A stretch of DNA of 64,000 nt from Octopus bimaculoides. Lineage: Eukaryota. A model generated the notes under the pieces. That model saw only the letters and a program-made list of their open reading frames with translations. It made no database searches and was not told where the DNA came from. The stretch spans positions 23,143,097 to 23,207,096 of the forward strand of contig NC_068992.1 in the NCBI RefSeq assembly GCF_001194135.2, given 5' to 3'. A program made the translations under genes and the position numbers. Positions 13,031-26,277 of the stretch are shown here, piece by piece (the stretch's first letter is position 1; each line of letters begins with the position of its first letter).

Positions 13031-16000
13031 TGCATGCAACCACTGAACATTTCTGACCTGGAGTTCAACAGAGAGTTAGGAAAGCACATTGTCTATGTCA
13101 CAGAAACAATGTACATAGTTTGCATTTATTGAAACATTTAAGTAGTATGCATTTATCGCAGCTGTTTCCTGTTCTTAGATGTACGAATCCATAAAAAAAA
13201 ACTTAGCGGGTTGTTATTTCTAGTCTCCATATATTGTTAAGACTCTATTGTACAAAATTTTGATATATTTTCTACATTTCAAATTAAAGATACAATATGC
13301 ATATACCTAATGGATGGGTTTCTGTTTCATTATCGTTTAGCAATTAAGGATTTTTAAGAAGCACTGTCTTAATATCATTTGCTTTCTTTGTAAATTCATA
13401 TCTACTCCTACCCCACCCTAAGTACATAGTCATACTCACACAAAAGTGCACCATTGTTATGCGCACAAAGCCATATTTATTTTATATATCTATGTGTGTG
13501 TGTGTTTGTGTGTGTTATGGTGGGTATTCAATTAAATTTCGTTCTATGGTCAGCCATATTGAATCGGTGCTTCGGTGTAGAATTTAATTAATTTGTAGAA
13601 TTTAATAGAATTACCTTAACTAAATACAATTAACAAATGCATCTTTCATTTCTTATGCTCTTAGACTAAAGCTCATTTATGCTGTTGTCAGAAAGCCAGG
13701 AATTTCGAATAAAAATTTCTAGACATAGTACAAGCCAAGATAGAAATTACCATAAAATATTTTTCTTACGCTGAGAGATGCTAATTTAGAATATGAGTTT
13801 ATACTGTCTTTTTTTTCAATCATACTGTTGCTCACAGATGTATAATAAACCAGAAATTGATCAAGTTCATATCGTATTAAGAATAGGTTTTTTGCTCCCC
13901 ATTACGCAGTCGATGCAGCAACCTTTAAAATAAGATCAGTTAGTTGGAAAATTACAACAATTAACATTTCATTCACAATTGAGTAATGAAAATGAAATTT
14001 TAAAATTAAACGGTTTTCGAACTAAATATAAAGTTATATACAATATCCTAGAAATTTGTTTCAGGATTAGACATTAATAGATATTAAGATGTATAGACAT
14101 TTATTTGACATATGAAATCTTCAGCAGACAATAAATCGTTACTGTTCATTATTAGTGAATGGTATTTTAGAAAGTAACCAAATTAAAATAAACAAATATT
14201 ACATTGCCTGCAGCAATTTAGTAGGTTAGAATACAATGGCCTTTGTATCTTTGAAATTTTATATTTTACTAACAATTCTGTATAATGGAAATAAACATCG
14301 ATTGGAAATATGATGTAATCAGCTAATGGCCTTTCGCAATCTTATTCAGAGAAGTGAAAAAGAAATCTTATTCCGAAAGTTATAATTTAAATAAATTCCA
14401 AAATTGTTAATATTTTGCTGACACATTAAAAAATGTTTAGAATATTCAGACCTATATTTTGATGTTTCAATAAATATAATATTAGAAATATAGATGAAAT
14501 GTGAATGAAATGAACACTATGAATGCCACGTCTAACCCCATAAAAAAAATAAAGAAATAGGAATTAATATTCAAAATTGAAGATAGGGTTCAAGATTGAG
14601 TGAAGCATCATACTGCTAATTTCACAAATAACATACAATGCAAATATTTCGTGGATTTCAGAAATCTCAGGAATTTTTTTATCCTTAATGCAAATCAAAC
14701 TGTGGTTGTAAACCGGAATACGGTGTAAACGCAGTTTCCAAATGATGGATCAACAAAATAAATAATTATATAACCAAAAGGTACATGGCAAAGATATATT
14801 TATTGCAGTTCATGAAAATTGACTGTAATGCTGCCTTATCTGTAGATATGGATATATAAAAGAAATATCATTAATAGTTCTATTATTCTGTTATTCTTTA
14901 TACGAGTTCCCATTTAATGACTTTAGGCAAGATTGTGCACTGGTTTCTGGCATTGGTAGCAGTTTTTGTCGATTAAAACAATTGAATCCCTCGGTATACT
15001 TAGCAAAGTAGTGTGACAGTTTTAATAAGATTAGGTGAAACTATTTAGAAAGACGCGATAATATAATAACAGATAAAAGAGACACATGAAGAAGTTTTAA
15101 ATATTGAAATACGACATACTTTAACGTACATGAGATCATCGAAGTAAGTGTAACTTTTCATATATGTAGAATGCATAAGTAATACCTTCAGCAATGAGAC
15201 TACAAAGTAAAGTGTATTGTAATTTTGGTGCTTATATACAATGTAAACTAAAAACCGCTGAAAATATATCATGCACATAGCTCTTTCGTTTCTGCAAGCT
15301 TTAGACTCTGTTATGCTTATGTTCCATAATAAACTATTTTTATTGCAATATCCCATTTTGTGCTCTGATACAACGAGGACTAACGTAGATCAATAATCGG
15401 TTTCGACTACTCCAGACATTTTAATCTGAAATACGGTATAATGAAGTAAAATTTGACAAGAATCCAATGAATTATGCACTTCTGAAAGTATTTTAAATAA
15501 TCTTTTACGCATCAACGCTATCCTTTTTAACAAATTCTGCGCTTAAGTATCGCTAATCTATGATGTAATCTGCGTTGGCTCATAACTAAAAGAAAGGGGC
15601 ATTAAACAGTGACTTCAGTCGGTCGGTGTTATCTGGCGTGTGTGTTGGGGTTGTGTATGTGAGTATGCGCAACGTTACAGACATGATAGGATTTATCAAT
15701 ATATGTTACTTTGAGCATAGACAAACATACAAGGAACCGCGGTCGTACTATACACACACTTACACACACACAGACGAAGACAAATATATATATATATATA
15801 TATATANNNNNNNNNNNNNNNNNNNNNNNNNNNNNNNNNNNNNNNNNNNNNNNNNNNNNNNNNNNNNNNNNNNNNNNNNNNNNNNNNNNNNNNNNNNNNN
15901 NNNNNNNNNNNNNNNNNNNNNNNNNNNNNNNNNNNNNNNNNNNNNNNNNNNNNNNNNNNNNNNNNNNNNNNNNNNNNNNNNNNNNNNNNNNNNNNNNNNN

Positions 16001-16589
16001 NNNNNNNNNNNNNNNNNNNNNNNNNNNNNNNNNNNNNNNNNNTGTGTGTGTGTGTGTGTGTGTGTGTTTAGACTCAATGCCTATCACTTTAATGTAAAAC
16101 AATTGAGAAAGAGTAATCAATACGTTAGAATATAAATATCTTCTAATCAGTTCTAACGTAATATATGTGACACAAGAGCAAAGAGCATAGGGCACAGAAC
16201 GATACTCTCGGCCCTTGCGTTACGTAAGTTTTTAGTGGACTGCATCAATCTATATATATTCAATTTTGTACGTGTGCGTTAGTGCAAAGAATGTTCTATG
16301 TTTACTGTTCATTGCACCTGTTTTATTTTCATTATAATAGAAGACCCACGTAAATAAAAATCCAATCACAATTGTGAATATTTTAAGACAATAGCATCAA
16401 ATCTAGCTTTTTCTATAATCAGAATACAGGTTTTTGTTTTCTTTTCAGTATTATTTAAATACAAATTTCCAATCATATTATATATATACAACAGAAATAA
16501 AGGAAAGTTTTCTATTTTATTCTTGTTACTGAATTAAAATATTAAATAAAAGTACCCTATGAGAAAAGCAATACAAAGACGCTCCAGGT

Positions 16590-17330
16590 TTTGGAAGTGG
16601 CAACCAAAGATCTTTTAAAATCATTCTTTAGTGACTTAAAATACATGATGCATTTGAGTAAAATATCCCTCTATATCGAAAAAAAAAAACCGGATATCTT
16701 TTCTATAGATCTGGATAAGAGCGGATCCAGAAGAAGAAATTGCAACAAATACAAGATAACAAATAGCATGCACGGTAACCTTAGATGAAACTCTCTCGGT
16801 AAAGTTTTGCTACACTGGGGGTGAGAAATCCTGCATTATTTACAATGTTTGAATCCGTATGTTATATTAAAACATAACATCACCACTGATTAGAGAAAAT
16901 CTGAAGTCATGTCGTCTCATATTGTTATCCTTGAACTCCCACTTGTTTTACAAACACAGCTGTTGCTAACTTCTCACAGTATTTTCTTAATACGCTTTAC
17001 TGCCTTTGTTCTTTTGCTCTCTCGCATATACACGCACCTGTGTGCATGGACATACAAGCGCACGTCATTAAATAAATCATTGAATTTTTCCTTTTCACAC
17101 TTTATCGTTACTCTTTTCAACTCTCATTCTTTTGTCCTATTTTACACTTCTTTAATCCACTTTCTGTTATCTATTTTGCTTTCTTAAAACCACTTATTCT
17201 TATACTTCGCCCACTACACACTTACCACATACGGAATATAATTTCAACGCTCAACCTTCTATTCTTAAGCTATCAATCTCTACCCACCTGTTTTTAAGAC
17301 ATCATTCTATGGTTCACTCGCTTTCATATT
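16590..17330 (+). mobile_element. Possible ancient PLE endonuclease and 3' UTR relic
   Basis: KSFFSDLKYMMHLSKISLYIEKKKPDIFSID, YTGGEKSC and KSEVMSS occur in the order expected for a GIY-YIG C-terminal half, followed by a pyrimidine-rich tract. Very decayed. Confidence 0.3.
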
Positions 17331-17682
17331 TATGATATATAAAAGCTATGTAAGATAATTACGGCCACACAGCGAGATGGATGTGCAATGTTAAAGATAT
17401 CAGCAACAGAATTGTTAGGTTGGTGGTTGTTTTTTTCTACGATGTTTTTGTTGGATTATTTCCCTGTTGGCACACTTTCCCTTGTGTTTGTTATTTTTGT
17501 ACTACATTGAAGTTGTTTTGGCATTTTAAGATGAATGTTCCCCACAGCGTATCTGTTTTGTTTATCATCATCATTATTCGTTTAGTTGCCATCAACTGTT
17601 TATCTTGATTGCTTGACATTTCAAGATAAGATAATTAGAAAACTTCTGTAGAAACACCGATTTACAAAATAAAATATGACGT

Positions 17683-17687
<5 letters not shown>

Positions 17688-17755
<68 letters not shown>

Positions 17756-17776
17756 AGCTCACACACACACACAGAC
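17688..17776. repeat. (CTGT)n/(CT)n/(AC)n compound microsatellite
   Basis: Direct reading. Confidence 0.9.
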
Positions 17777-18687
17777 ACACGAACAAACAAAATATGCAAA
17801 AATATAAACACATATATGAATATACATACATTTATATATATATACATACATACATTTATATTCATATATGTATATGTATTAATGTGCTCGCGTATACACA
17901 CACTTATGTGCATATATTACTCATACATATTCCATTGTATTAAAAAGTAATTTAATTGAGGTCCGTGAGCCATTTACTTAACTTGCGCATGTTTGTCTTC
18001 GGTAGTTACATGCGGAAACCATTTAATCATTATACGATGTAATACCTATACTGTACACATCCGTAAGTAATTTATGACTTATTCACTGCTGGATTAAAGA
18101 AATGTTATGATAGTAAAATAGTGACTTATAGCTCTGGATCTTTTTTATCAGCAAAATTAAATCAAATTATGAATCAAAAATGTGTACAGATTAATGTATA
18201 TTAAAATCAAGATTCATTTTAGAAAAATAAGATATACACGCTTCTCGAAAAGTTTAGAGGATAGTTTAAATTCCATCCAATATATTTACTTCGTTTGTAA
18301 TGGGAGTGAAATTAGTGATTTAAGATTTGTCGGAGGCGAGCTTAACTCGACTGTACCAGTTTTCGGATGAATCTATTTAACAGTCAACATTTTATCAAAG
18401 AAACCTTACGTTAATAATTTATCCGACGGTTAACACGATAACGTTACAAGTTGATTTGAACATCTATGCGATCAAAAATCGGCGCCACTTCAGAGAGAAT
18501 GTTTAACTTGTTCGTGTTAGCGTAGTAACAGAATAAAATACAACCCTCGTAGACTCTGTGTATTGTACGCGAAAATATATTATACAAACTTACTGACGTA
18601 CGCTCTCGCACATACAAAAGGCAAAGGCACTACAATATAAATATCTAAACCTAAACCTAAATATTTATAAGCATTCAAAATATTTAT

Positions 18688-18725
<38 letters not shown>

Positions 18726-20413
18726 AGATATACGTATATTTGTATTTATACATATTAACTATATTTTTTGAATGGATAATATTGCGTAACAGAGCCACCT
18801 TCTTCTGTAAGAATGACAATAGACTTCCTGAAACTTGTGTGTATTATATAAAAAAGCTTTAAAAACCAATCACATATTCTGAGGAGAAATGTGCTAGGAA
18901 AAGATTTCTGGAGGACGATGTAAAGAGGAGAAAGAACTGGACATATTTGTTAGTGTGGGCTATTGGAAGAGCAAACGCAAATAAATTGATTAGATTTGGG
19001 AGGTTGAGGGCGAGGAGATGCTTGAATGTTGTAGTAACGAAACCGGATAGTTCCACTCTTAGTGGCATTAATGGTACAGACAGGAACAACAGAGAATGGA
19101 GATAGCCTGCCTGTTGTATAATGCCATTTAATATTTGAACAACAATTACTCAGGTGACCTTTCTCTGTGATTATTACTTCTAGCAGGTTGGGTTCCCTCT
19201 TAGAGGTTTCTTCGTTGTCTCCTTTCATTAGCGTAGTCACTATACTTTTAAATAGCTATCGTGACATTTCTATCCACTTGCAAATTTCTGAAACACCATG
19301 TAATTAAAGAATTATTATATCTGTTTTTTTTTTTTTAGGTGATAAAGCTGATTTTAAGTAATCTAATTACTCTGAGTCATTATACAAATGTGATATTGAA
19401 GATCTCTTACAACCAATTCTATCACTTCAGGAGAATGTAGTGAAATCAATGGTAATGAATCAAGTTGGTCTCTTAAGAATATCGGGCAGAGGAACAAGGA
19501 AGTTAACACTGTTATTGAAATAACTAACCCCGAGCATTGCATAATACCACAATTCACTTTAAATGCATTTGCCCAGGGTGTAGAGTGTATCAGCAAAACT
19601 ATATAATCACATATTTCATAATTAATAGTTAATATATTTAGGAATTACTCGTGATTTTTGCAATAATTTTTACTTAACCAATTAGATTATAAGGGAGACC
19701 TTCACTGCTTAACTTAGTTACACGTATTTGTTACCACGATCATCTATACGTGATACGAATTCCGTAAATGATAGCATGACGATATTACAGCAACATGTCT
19801 TTGTTCATTGTCGTTACCTGTAATAGTCATGAAGAAAATGTATGTCATAAATGGTTCAGATCATATGCTCACTCGATCACTGTCCACTGGTATTTAAAGA
19901 CACTATTTTATGATATGATGAGCGAAAATTAATTTATACTGAATGGGACGGGAGTCCATTTTGTATGGTTATGAAGAAGAGAAAATAGTGGTTATGATCT
20001 ATGCTGAACAAGAACCTGATGAAGAAACCGTAAATTTCAGCATAGATTATATTTCTCAGTGTTCATTCACGAAATTATACACACATCCTAGATTAATTAA
20101 AGAGTCTAGCGGAATATATACTGTATAATATGTCCGGTTATATGTTACCTTACCCCGATCTAAACGCAGTAAATGAATAAAGCACCAATAATATACTGCA
20201 TTTTATATAAACAGCTATATAACCTATCAACTGACGGATAAGCAGTAAATGAGTAAACAATTATGCAGTAAATGTTATAGGTATTATAATGATAATATGC
20301 TATTCATTTCTGAATAAACATTCATATTAAGAGCAATTATAGAAAACGAAATACCTGGCCACGTATTTACTGCTATTTTTGTGGTACAATTATGCTGATC
20401 GATATTTGTAAGC

Positions 20414-20835
20414 CTTAACGTGGTGAGCTGGTTGAAACGTTAGAACGCCGGGCGTAATGCTTAGCAGTATTTCGTCTGCTATTACGTACTGAGTTCAAAT
20501 TCAGCCGAGGTCGACTTTGCTTTTCATCCTTTCGGGGTTGATAAATTGAATACCAGTTACGCACTGGGGTCGGTGTAATCGTTTTAATCCTTTTGTTTGT
20601 CCCCTCTATGCTTAGCCCCTTGTGGGCAATAAAGAAATAAGAAGTCAGCACGCCGGGCGAAATGCTTAGCGGCTTTTCGTCTGTCTTTACGTTTTGAGGT
20701 AAAATTCCGCGGAGGTCGACTTTGCCTTTCATCCTTTCGGAGTCGATAAATTAAGTACCAGTTGCGCACTGGTGTCGATCTAATCGACTGCCCCCTTCCC
20801 CTAAAATTTCGGGCCTTGTGCCTAGAGTAGAAGAG
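20414..20835 (+). mobile_element. Dimeric SINE family A insertion flanked by a 13-bp TSD
   Basis: Two head-to-tail monomers (20414-20640 and ~20643-20835). gatatttgtaagc occurs at 20401-20413 and again at 20836-20848. Confidence 0.8.
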
Positions 20836-20907
20836 GATATTTGTAAGCATTGATGTTTATAAGAAACTCACTACACTTACCAGTGAATATCAATAAACGT
20901 AAAATGA

Positions 20908-21120
20908 AAGGAGGCGAGCCGGCAGGATTTTACGCAGTGCGAACAAAATGCCTAGCGGCATTTCGTCCTTCTTTTTTACTGAGTTCAATTCCACCGAGGT
21001 TAATTTTGCCTTTGATCATGTCGGGTCGATAAAATACGTACTCACTGAGTACTTGGGTAGATGTAGTCAACTTATCCCCCGCCGCCCGAAAAGGCTGGCC
21101 TGGTGCCAAGATTTGAAAGC
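20908..21120 (+). mobile_element. SINE family A, older diverged copy
   Basis: Head aaggaggcgagccggcag, B-box-like gagttcaattc, central domain gcctttgatcatgtcgggtcgataaa. Confidence 0.75.
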
Positions 21121-21489
21121 AACAAATGTAAAATGTCAGTCTTGTAATAAGTTTTCTTCTTCATACTTGGAATAAAGCTTTATTACTGATGTAAAACAGT
21201 TGTTTATTAATGTTTTTGTGGCAATATAATTTTTTTTTAAGTTAAGGATTACACAGAATGGATTGAAACAATATTGGAAAGTGCTTTCTGTCTAGAGAAA
21301 CATTGCAGTTCTTTTAAATTTCAGGAGAATTTAAACTCATAAAGACTAAAAATTAATTTCTGATAGATAGGGGAATGAAATTGTAGAAAGCAATCAGGTA
21401 GATAAGAAGCTGCGAAAATGTTGAACGGTCCTAATGTTTGACTGGTCATCTTATCAGAAAATGCTGGCAGTCTGGTCATAGAGGCGATC

Positions 21490-21600
21490 CCACTATAGAT
21501 AACCTGCGACAGTGTAGACTTCGGTTGCATGAAATGAAAGTGTATGAAGAGCATGGGATTTTAGGCAGACCAGTGATATATGGTGCATGAGCTGCTGCTT
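21490..21600 (+). mobile_element. Possible RTE LINE 3' relic
   Basis: NLRQCRLRLHEMKVYEE...GRP resembles RTE LRxRRLRWxGHVxRM...GRP. Confidence 0.25.
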
Positions 21601-21789
21601 TGCCTAATAATTTATACAGCTTATCTGTGCATGCAATACGAATGCTAGACTATCATGATTCCTTTCCTCTCAGCTGAGCCAAGGAAATCGTAGAAATGTA
21701 TCAGGAGACTTATTGCATGAATATGGAAAAGAAAACACTGGCAATTTACCAATTCGTGTGGTGAGGCATAAACTAAGACATAGTCTACC

Positions 21790-21950
21790 ATTTTGAAACA
21801 GGTCAAACTAAAAACATAAAAACTATTTATTATCTCAATCCCTTTGGCCAAACCACTAGGTTACGGAGACATAAACATGGGAACACCGGTTGTCAAGCAA
21901 GCGGTAATGGGGAGCGGTAAACACAGACACAAAGACACGCATGCACAGAT
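21790..21950 (-). mobile_element. SINE family B 3' fragment
   Basis: ctaggttacggagacataaac...caccggttgtcaagc...aaacacagacac matches the family B tail. Confidence 0.65.
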
Positions 21951-21954
21951 ACAT

Positions 21955-22316
21955 ACATGTATATATATATAGAGAGAGAGGGGGAGAGGGAGAAGAGAAA
22001 TTATCGTATTGTATATATCTTGAACTCATATTTATTTAGTTAGTTTAACTTAATCACACACTCATGCCCGTGCACAAATACACAGGCGTAAAGGAGACAA
22101 ACATACATTGATATACATACATATTNNNNNNNNNNATATATATACATATGTATATATATATAGAGAGAGAGGGGGAGAGGGAGAAGAGAAATTATCGTAT
22201 TGTATATATCTTGAACTCATATTTATTTAGTTAGTTTAACTTAATCACACACTCATGCCCGTGCACAAATACACAGGCGTAAAGGAGACAAACATACATT
22301 GATATACATACATATT
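21955..22316. other. Probable assembly artefact: ~170-bp sequence duplicated across a 10-N gap
   Basis: About 21955-22125 is repeated identically at about 22146-22316 on the other side of N 22126-22135. Confidence 0.8.
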
Positions 22317-24879
22317 TGTGTACATATAAAGATACCTATAATTTAAGTACGCCTACAACATTTAACGTTCGCATAAACACGCAATAGACGATTCGATTTC
22401 TTTTATTAAATGTAACGCAAATAAATATTAAATGACTATCCGCATTGAAAGTGTATTTATAGCTAAAAATAGTGACCTAATGAAATATATATAAACACTG
22501 CAACATAATGCATTAGAATACACTGAATATGAATATTTATGAGTAAATATAAACAAATTAAAACACGAAGGGGAGTTACTTTTTTTTAATATATGCAGAA
22601 TACAGTTTCCTTGGCATTAAGAAGAACAGGGAGATGGAAAAAAAAGCAATATGTCTAGCCTACATATCTTTTCATAACAATAAGAATAGACACAGTAATA
22701 TAATAACGATGTGCAAGCATGGAAGAGAAACGTTTCCATATAAAGAAAGTAACTACTGTTCTATGAATTCGTGAAGAAGTCCATAAATAGCGAATAATGC
22801 CATTGAAAGATTTTTATGGATAATCACATTCTGTTACGTTCAGAGGAAATGAAATTAAGATTAGATATGTAAAGTATTAAGCAAAACACACATCCTATAT
22901 TTCACCCAAAATCCACAGGCACTTCATCTGCATTGTACGTTCGATAGAAATTAACGCAACTATAGAATGAGCGAAACGAGATACATATATAGAAACTTTC
23001 ATATATACATACACACATGCATACGTACATATTTGCGCACATACTTGTGTATATAAGCATTTTGCGCCTTCACGTAAAGCTGCTACCCATGCGTATTGAA
23101 GACTGTGACAGAGACATGAAAGGGAAAAGGATCAGTGAAAATTCTTTTGAACTTTACACCTAGCAGCTATGCAAAGATCTGCAAATGTTTTTTTTTACCT
23201 TCCTTCTTCGGCAAATAGACCAAATTAGCGACATGCTTACCGGATTTGGAAACTATATTCACTTACGTCGAATTTTCTTCATACGAACTTAGCGAAGACC
23301 GAAATCAATACAACTGATAATGATATCAACACAACTATTATATACGGAGGCTATTCACGGGAGCATATTTAACCCGTATATTTTACCTGGTGTTTTGAAA
23401 CAAATCAAGATGGTCTCGGGTGGTATAAGGAAGCTAAAGTGAACCCCATTACTGTGTTAGAGGGTGCTGTTAAAATATACTAGGGCGAATATTACTCAAA
23501 TTTTAGTCACTTCATAGCTAAGCGCTGCAGCACCAGGAAACTTCCGTTACGCCAAAATGGCTGTCACAGATAGTCATAAATGCTATGATTCCTAAAGAAT
23601 AAAAAGTTTAGAATGGTACAACAATGCACTATAGAACAAACAATGGACTATATACCTGTTGGAATTTGGTTATCTATAGTCCGATGATATTTCGGAATTA
23701 CAATTCCTTCTTTAGATCTTCTTAGCTGCAGCCTCTGCTATAAACTCTATGATTCCTGTTATTGTATTCGCTTCCTGTTAATATTCGAAATCAAACAGCA
23801 ATTTTTTATTGGGCTTGTCAAGAATATAACCAAATTGACATCGCTAGTGCCATCAACCCGCAGCTCTGCCAAACCGGAATCTCTCTATAACTACCTGCTG
23901 GTTATTTACATAGAATATACGCAGTTAAAATAGAAATATTCAAAAATGCTATTCTGTCTCTTATTCTTTTACTTGTGGTCTAAATTCAATGTCATCCCTC
24001 TAAAAAATAGATTATGTTCTAGGCAAGACAAACTAGATATTTGAAATATACGTTTTTCAATGGTAACTTATTTTTTACAAGTTTTCAACTATTAAATGTC
24101 TTCTTGGTGCTTTCCATTTAGCAGCATTTGCAAAGCATTGGTCGGCGTTTAGGTATTAATTGTATATGAATTTCTCTGTATATATGTATACCTGTATTAA
24201 TATGTCTGTGATGTATATATCTATGTATAATTGTGACTCAGACAGCAACTACCGAAAAATTGGGTGCCTATTTATGACAAAGTGGCGAATTTCTACAAAT
24301 TCGTACCAGATAAAGATGTGGATGTCTTTATAATCGATTATTTCCTTGAAAGTAATATAGTTCAGCACAGCAGCAGTTTAAAAATTGAAACCATTTAGAT
24401 AATAACATTACGATATTTCAATATGAATTTCAATAGAAATTAGTATTGGCAAACATTGAAACGTGTTACATTCAATTAACACCTTCGGCTATGTAATCAT
24501 TTCATGCGTGCTGTACTATTTCAGGGCGACTTGTATTTTAAATTGTTTAATTTCTCCATTAATTGTTCCATTTTCCCCCTCCAACGGTTACTGTTTGTTT
24601 TATTGTTGAACTAGCGTGCCGGCGCACAAAGAGGCTTACTGACACCCATTAGTTAGATATATCAGGGTGAAATATATTTGCTACAAAACAGGAAAAAAAA
24701 ATTGGCTCGAGAATTTTGAGTATAAAGAAGACTGCCTCTCAGTGAATCTGAACAGTTCGATTATCGTTAACACTACGATCAACTTAATCAAATAAGAAAG
24801 ACGGGAGAGTAAGCGAATTAACCGTTTTGAAACAAATTACAACTGAAGAAATATATTGTATGAAACATCATGTGGGTTC

Positions 24880-25132
24880 ATTATTTACATTATTTACATT
24901 TGGCGGATATTTGTTCTCACCTTCTGTGTTGTTAACACAACGTTTCGGCTGATATACCCTCCAGCCATCATCAGGTGACTTGGGGATATTTCGTACCTGG
25001 GTTCTCATTCCAAAGATATTTTTCGATTTTGCTGTTGTTGTTATTATTATTATTGTTATTCAAGTCACTGCCTGGAATGGAACTCGGTATCTAGGGGTTA
25101 GTAGCCCGCGCTCTTAACCACTAATCCATATG
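24880..25132 (-). mobile_element. tRNA-headed SINE-like element containing a hammerhead ribozyme, copy 1
   Basis: Minus strand: A box tagtggttaag, B-box-like gagttccattc, short (AAT/AAC)n tract, body, HHR at 24934-24979, (aatgtaaat)n tail. Homologous to 36185-36560. Confidence 0.8.
24934..24979 (-). ncRNA. Minimal hammerhead ribozyme (ACGU stem III, dimer-type)
   Basis: gtcac-CTGATGA-t-ggctg(gagggtatat)cagcc-GAAAC-GTT-gtgtt. Intact core, perfect 5-bp stem II, GUU triplet. Confidence 0.65.
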
Positions 25133-25169
25133 TATTACTAATTACAATCTAGGTTATTATTTGCTAAAT

Positions 25170-25840
25170 ACAATTGGAATTTTTCGTTAAACTTTGGAAG
25201 TCTGCCACAGTGTCCTACGGGTATGAGTGAGAGGCGAATCAGCAGTCATGGCAATGGAAGAGCCCTTCATCTCCACGACCAACTGAATTACAGAACCGTA
25301 GCTCAGTCAAGAGTTTGCTCATCGTTTTTTTTTTTCGATATCCCCCGTATTGTGCATTGAGAATTTGTCATCCAGAACCAGAGCGTGAATCTAGAGTTGT
25401 ACTGTGACGTTTTGAAGCGTCTGAGGGAGAACATTTGGCGAAATCAACCGGATGTGTGGAGAGCGAAGAACTGGATTCTTCACGACAACAATGCACTCTG
25501 CCATCTTGAGTTTCTCGCCAGACAACATGGTATCGCTTCTGCACCCGCTTCATTCACCAGACTTAGCTCCTGTAGACTTCCATTTCTTCCTCAAGATGAA
25601 AATGCAGCTCAACGGTCACTGCTTTAACACCATTGCCGAGATCAAGTGCGAATCGTAGAAGGTCCTCGACTCACTTACGGTAAACGACTTCCAAGCATGA
25701 TTTTTAAAAACGGCAGGAACGTGGGGGCCGGTGTATTGCTGTAAAAGATGACTATTTCGGAAGATATGTTGTTAAAACATAGGTAAATAAGTTATTTTTT
25801 ATTAGACATAACTAGTCCTGGAACTAGATACCACCTCGTA
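25170..25840 (+). mobile_element. Internally deleted mariner transposon
   Basis: N-terminal FVKLWKSAT is fused directly to YGYE*EANQQSWQWKSPSSPRP. Then VNLELYCDVLKRLRE, WILHDNNA and HPLHSPDLAPVDFHFFLKMK (DD34D motifs). A TIR-like end gataccacctcgta finishes at 25840. Confidence 0.88.
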
Positions 25841-26223
25841 AAATTCAACTCCATAGATTCCAATAAAGTGTGGAAACGCTGAGGTTTTATGTCATAGTGT
25901 GTAGGTTTGAAATAAATATATCGCTATCTACAAATAAAACGAGCAATGAATAATAACACAACAAAATTGTAAGTTAAATAAAGATAATAAAACAAATCGT
26001 TTTTCGATGAACGATTAATAAGAATTCAATTCATGCTTTAAATCAAATAAGTAAGAATATTGAATACAACATATATGCTTCACTATTTATAGCAAGCACA
26101 CTCTCACGCTTATAGAAATACATACCTATGCATATATGTATGTATACATGTGTGTATATATATAGAGAAAAAGAGATGAATATACAAACACACACACACA
26201 CACACATATACTTGTATGTTAAA

Positions 26224-26277
<54 letters not shown>

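Noticed and set aside
13150-13185. Minus-strand GAAACAGCTGC motif
   Set aside because: Lacks a proper CUGANGA and stem II.
21955-22316. Apparent 170-bp tandem duplication
   Set aside because: Identical copies on either side of a 10-N gap indicate unmerged overlapping contig ends.
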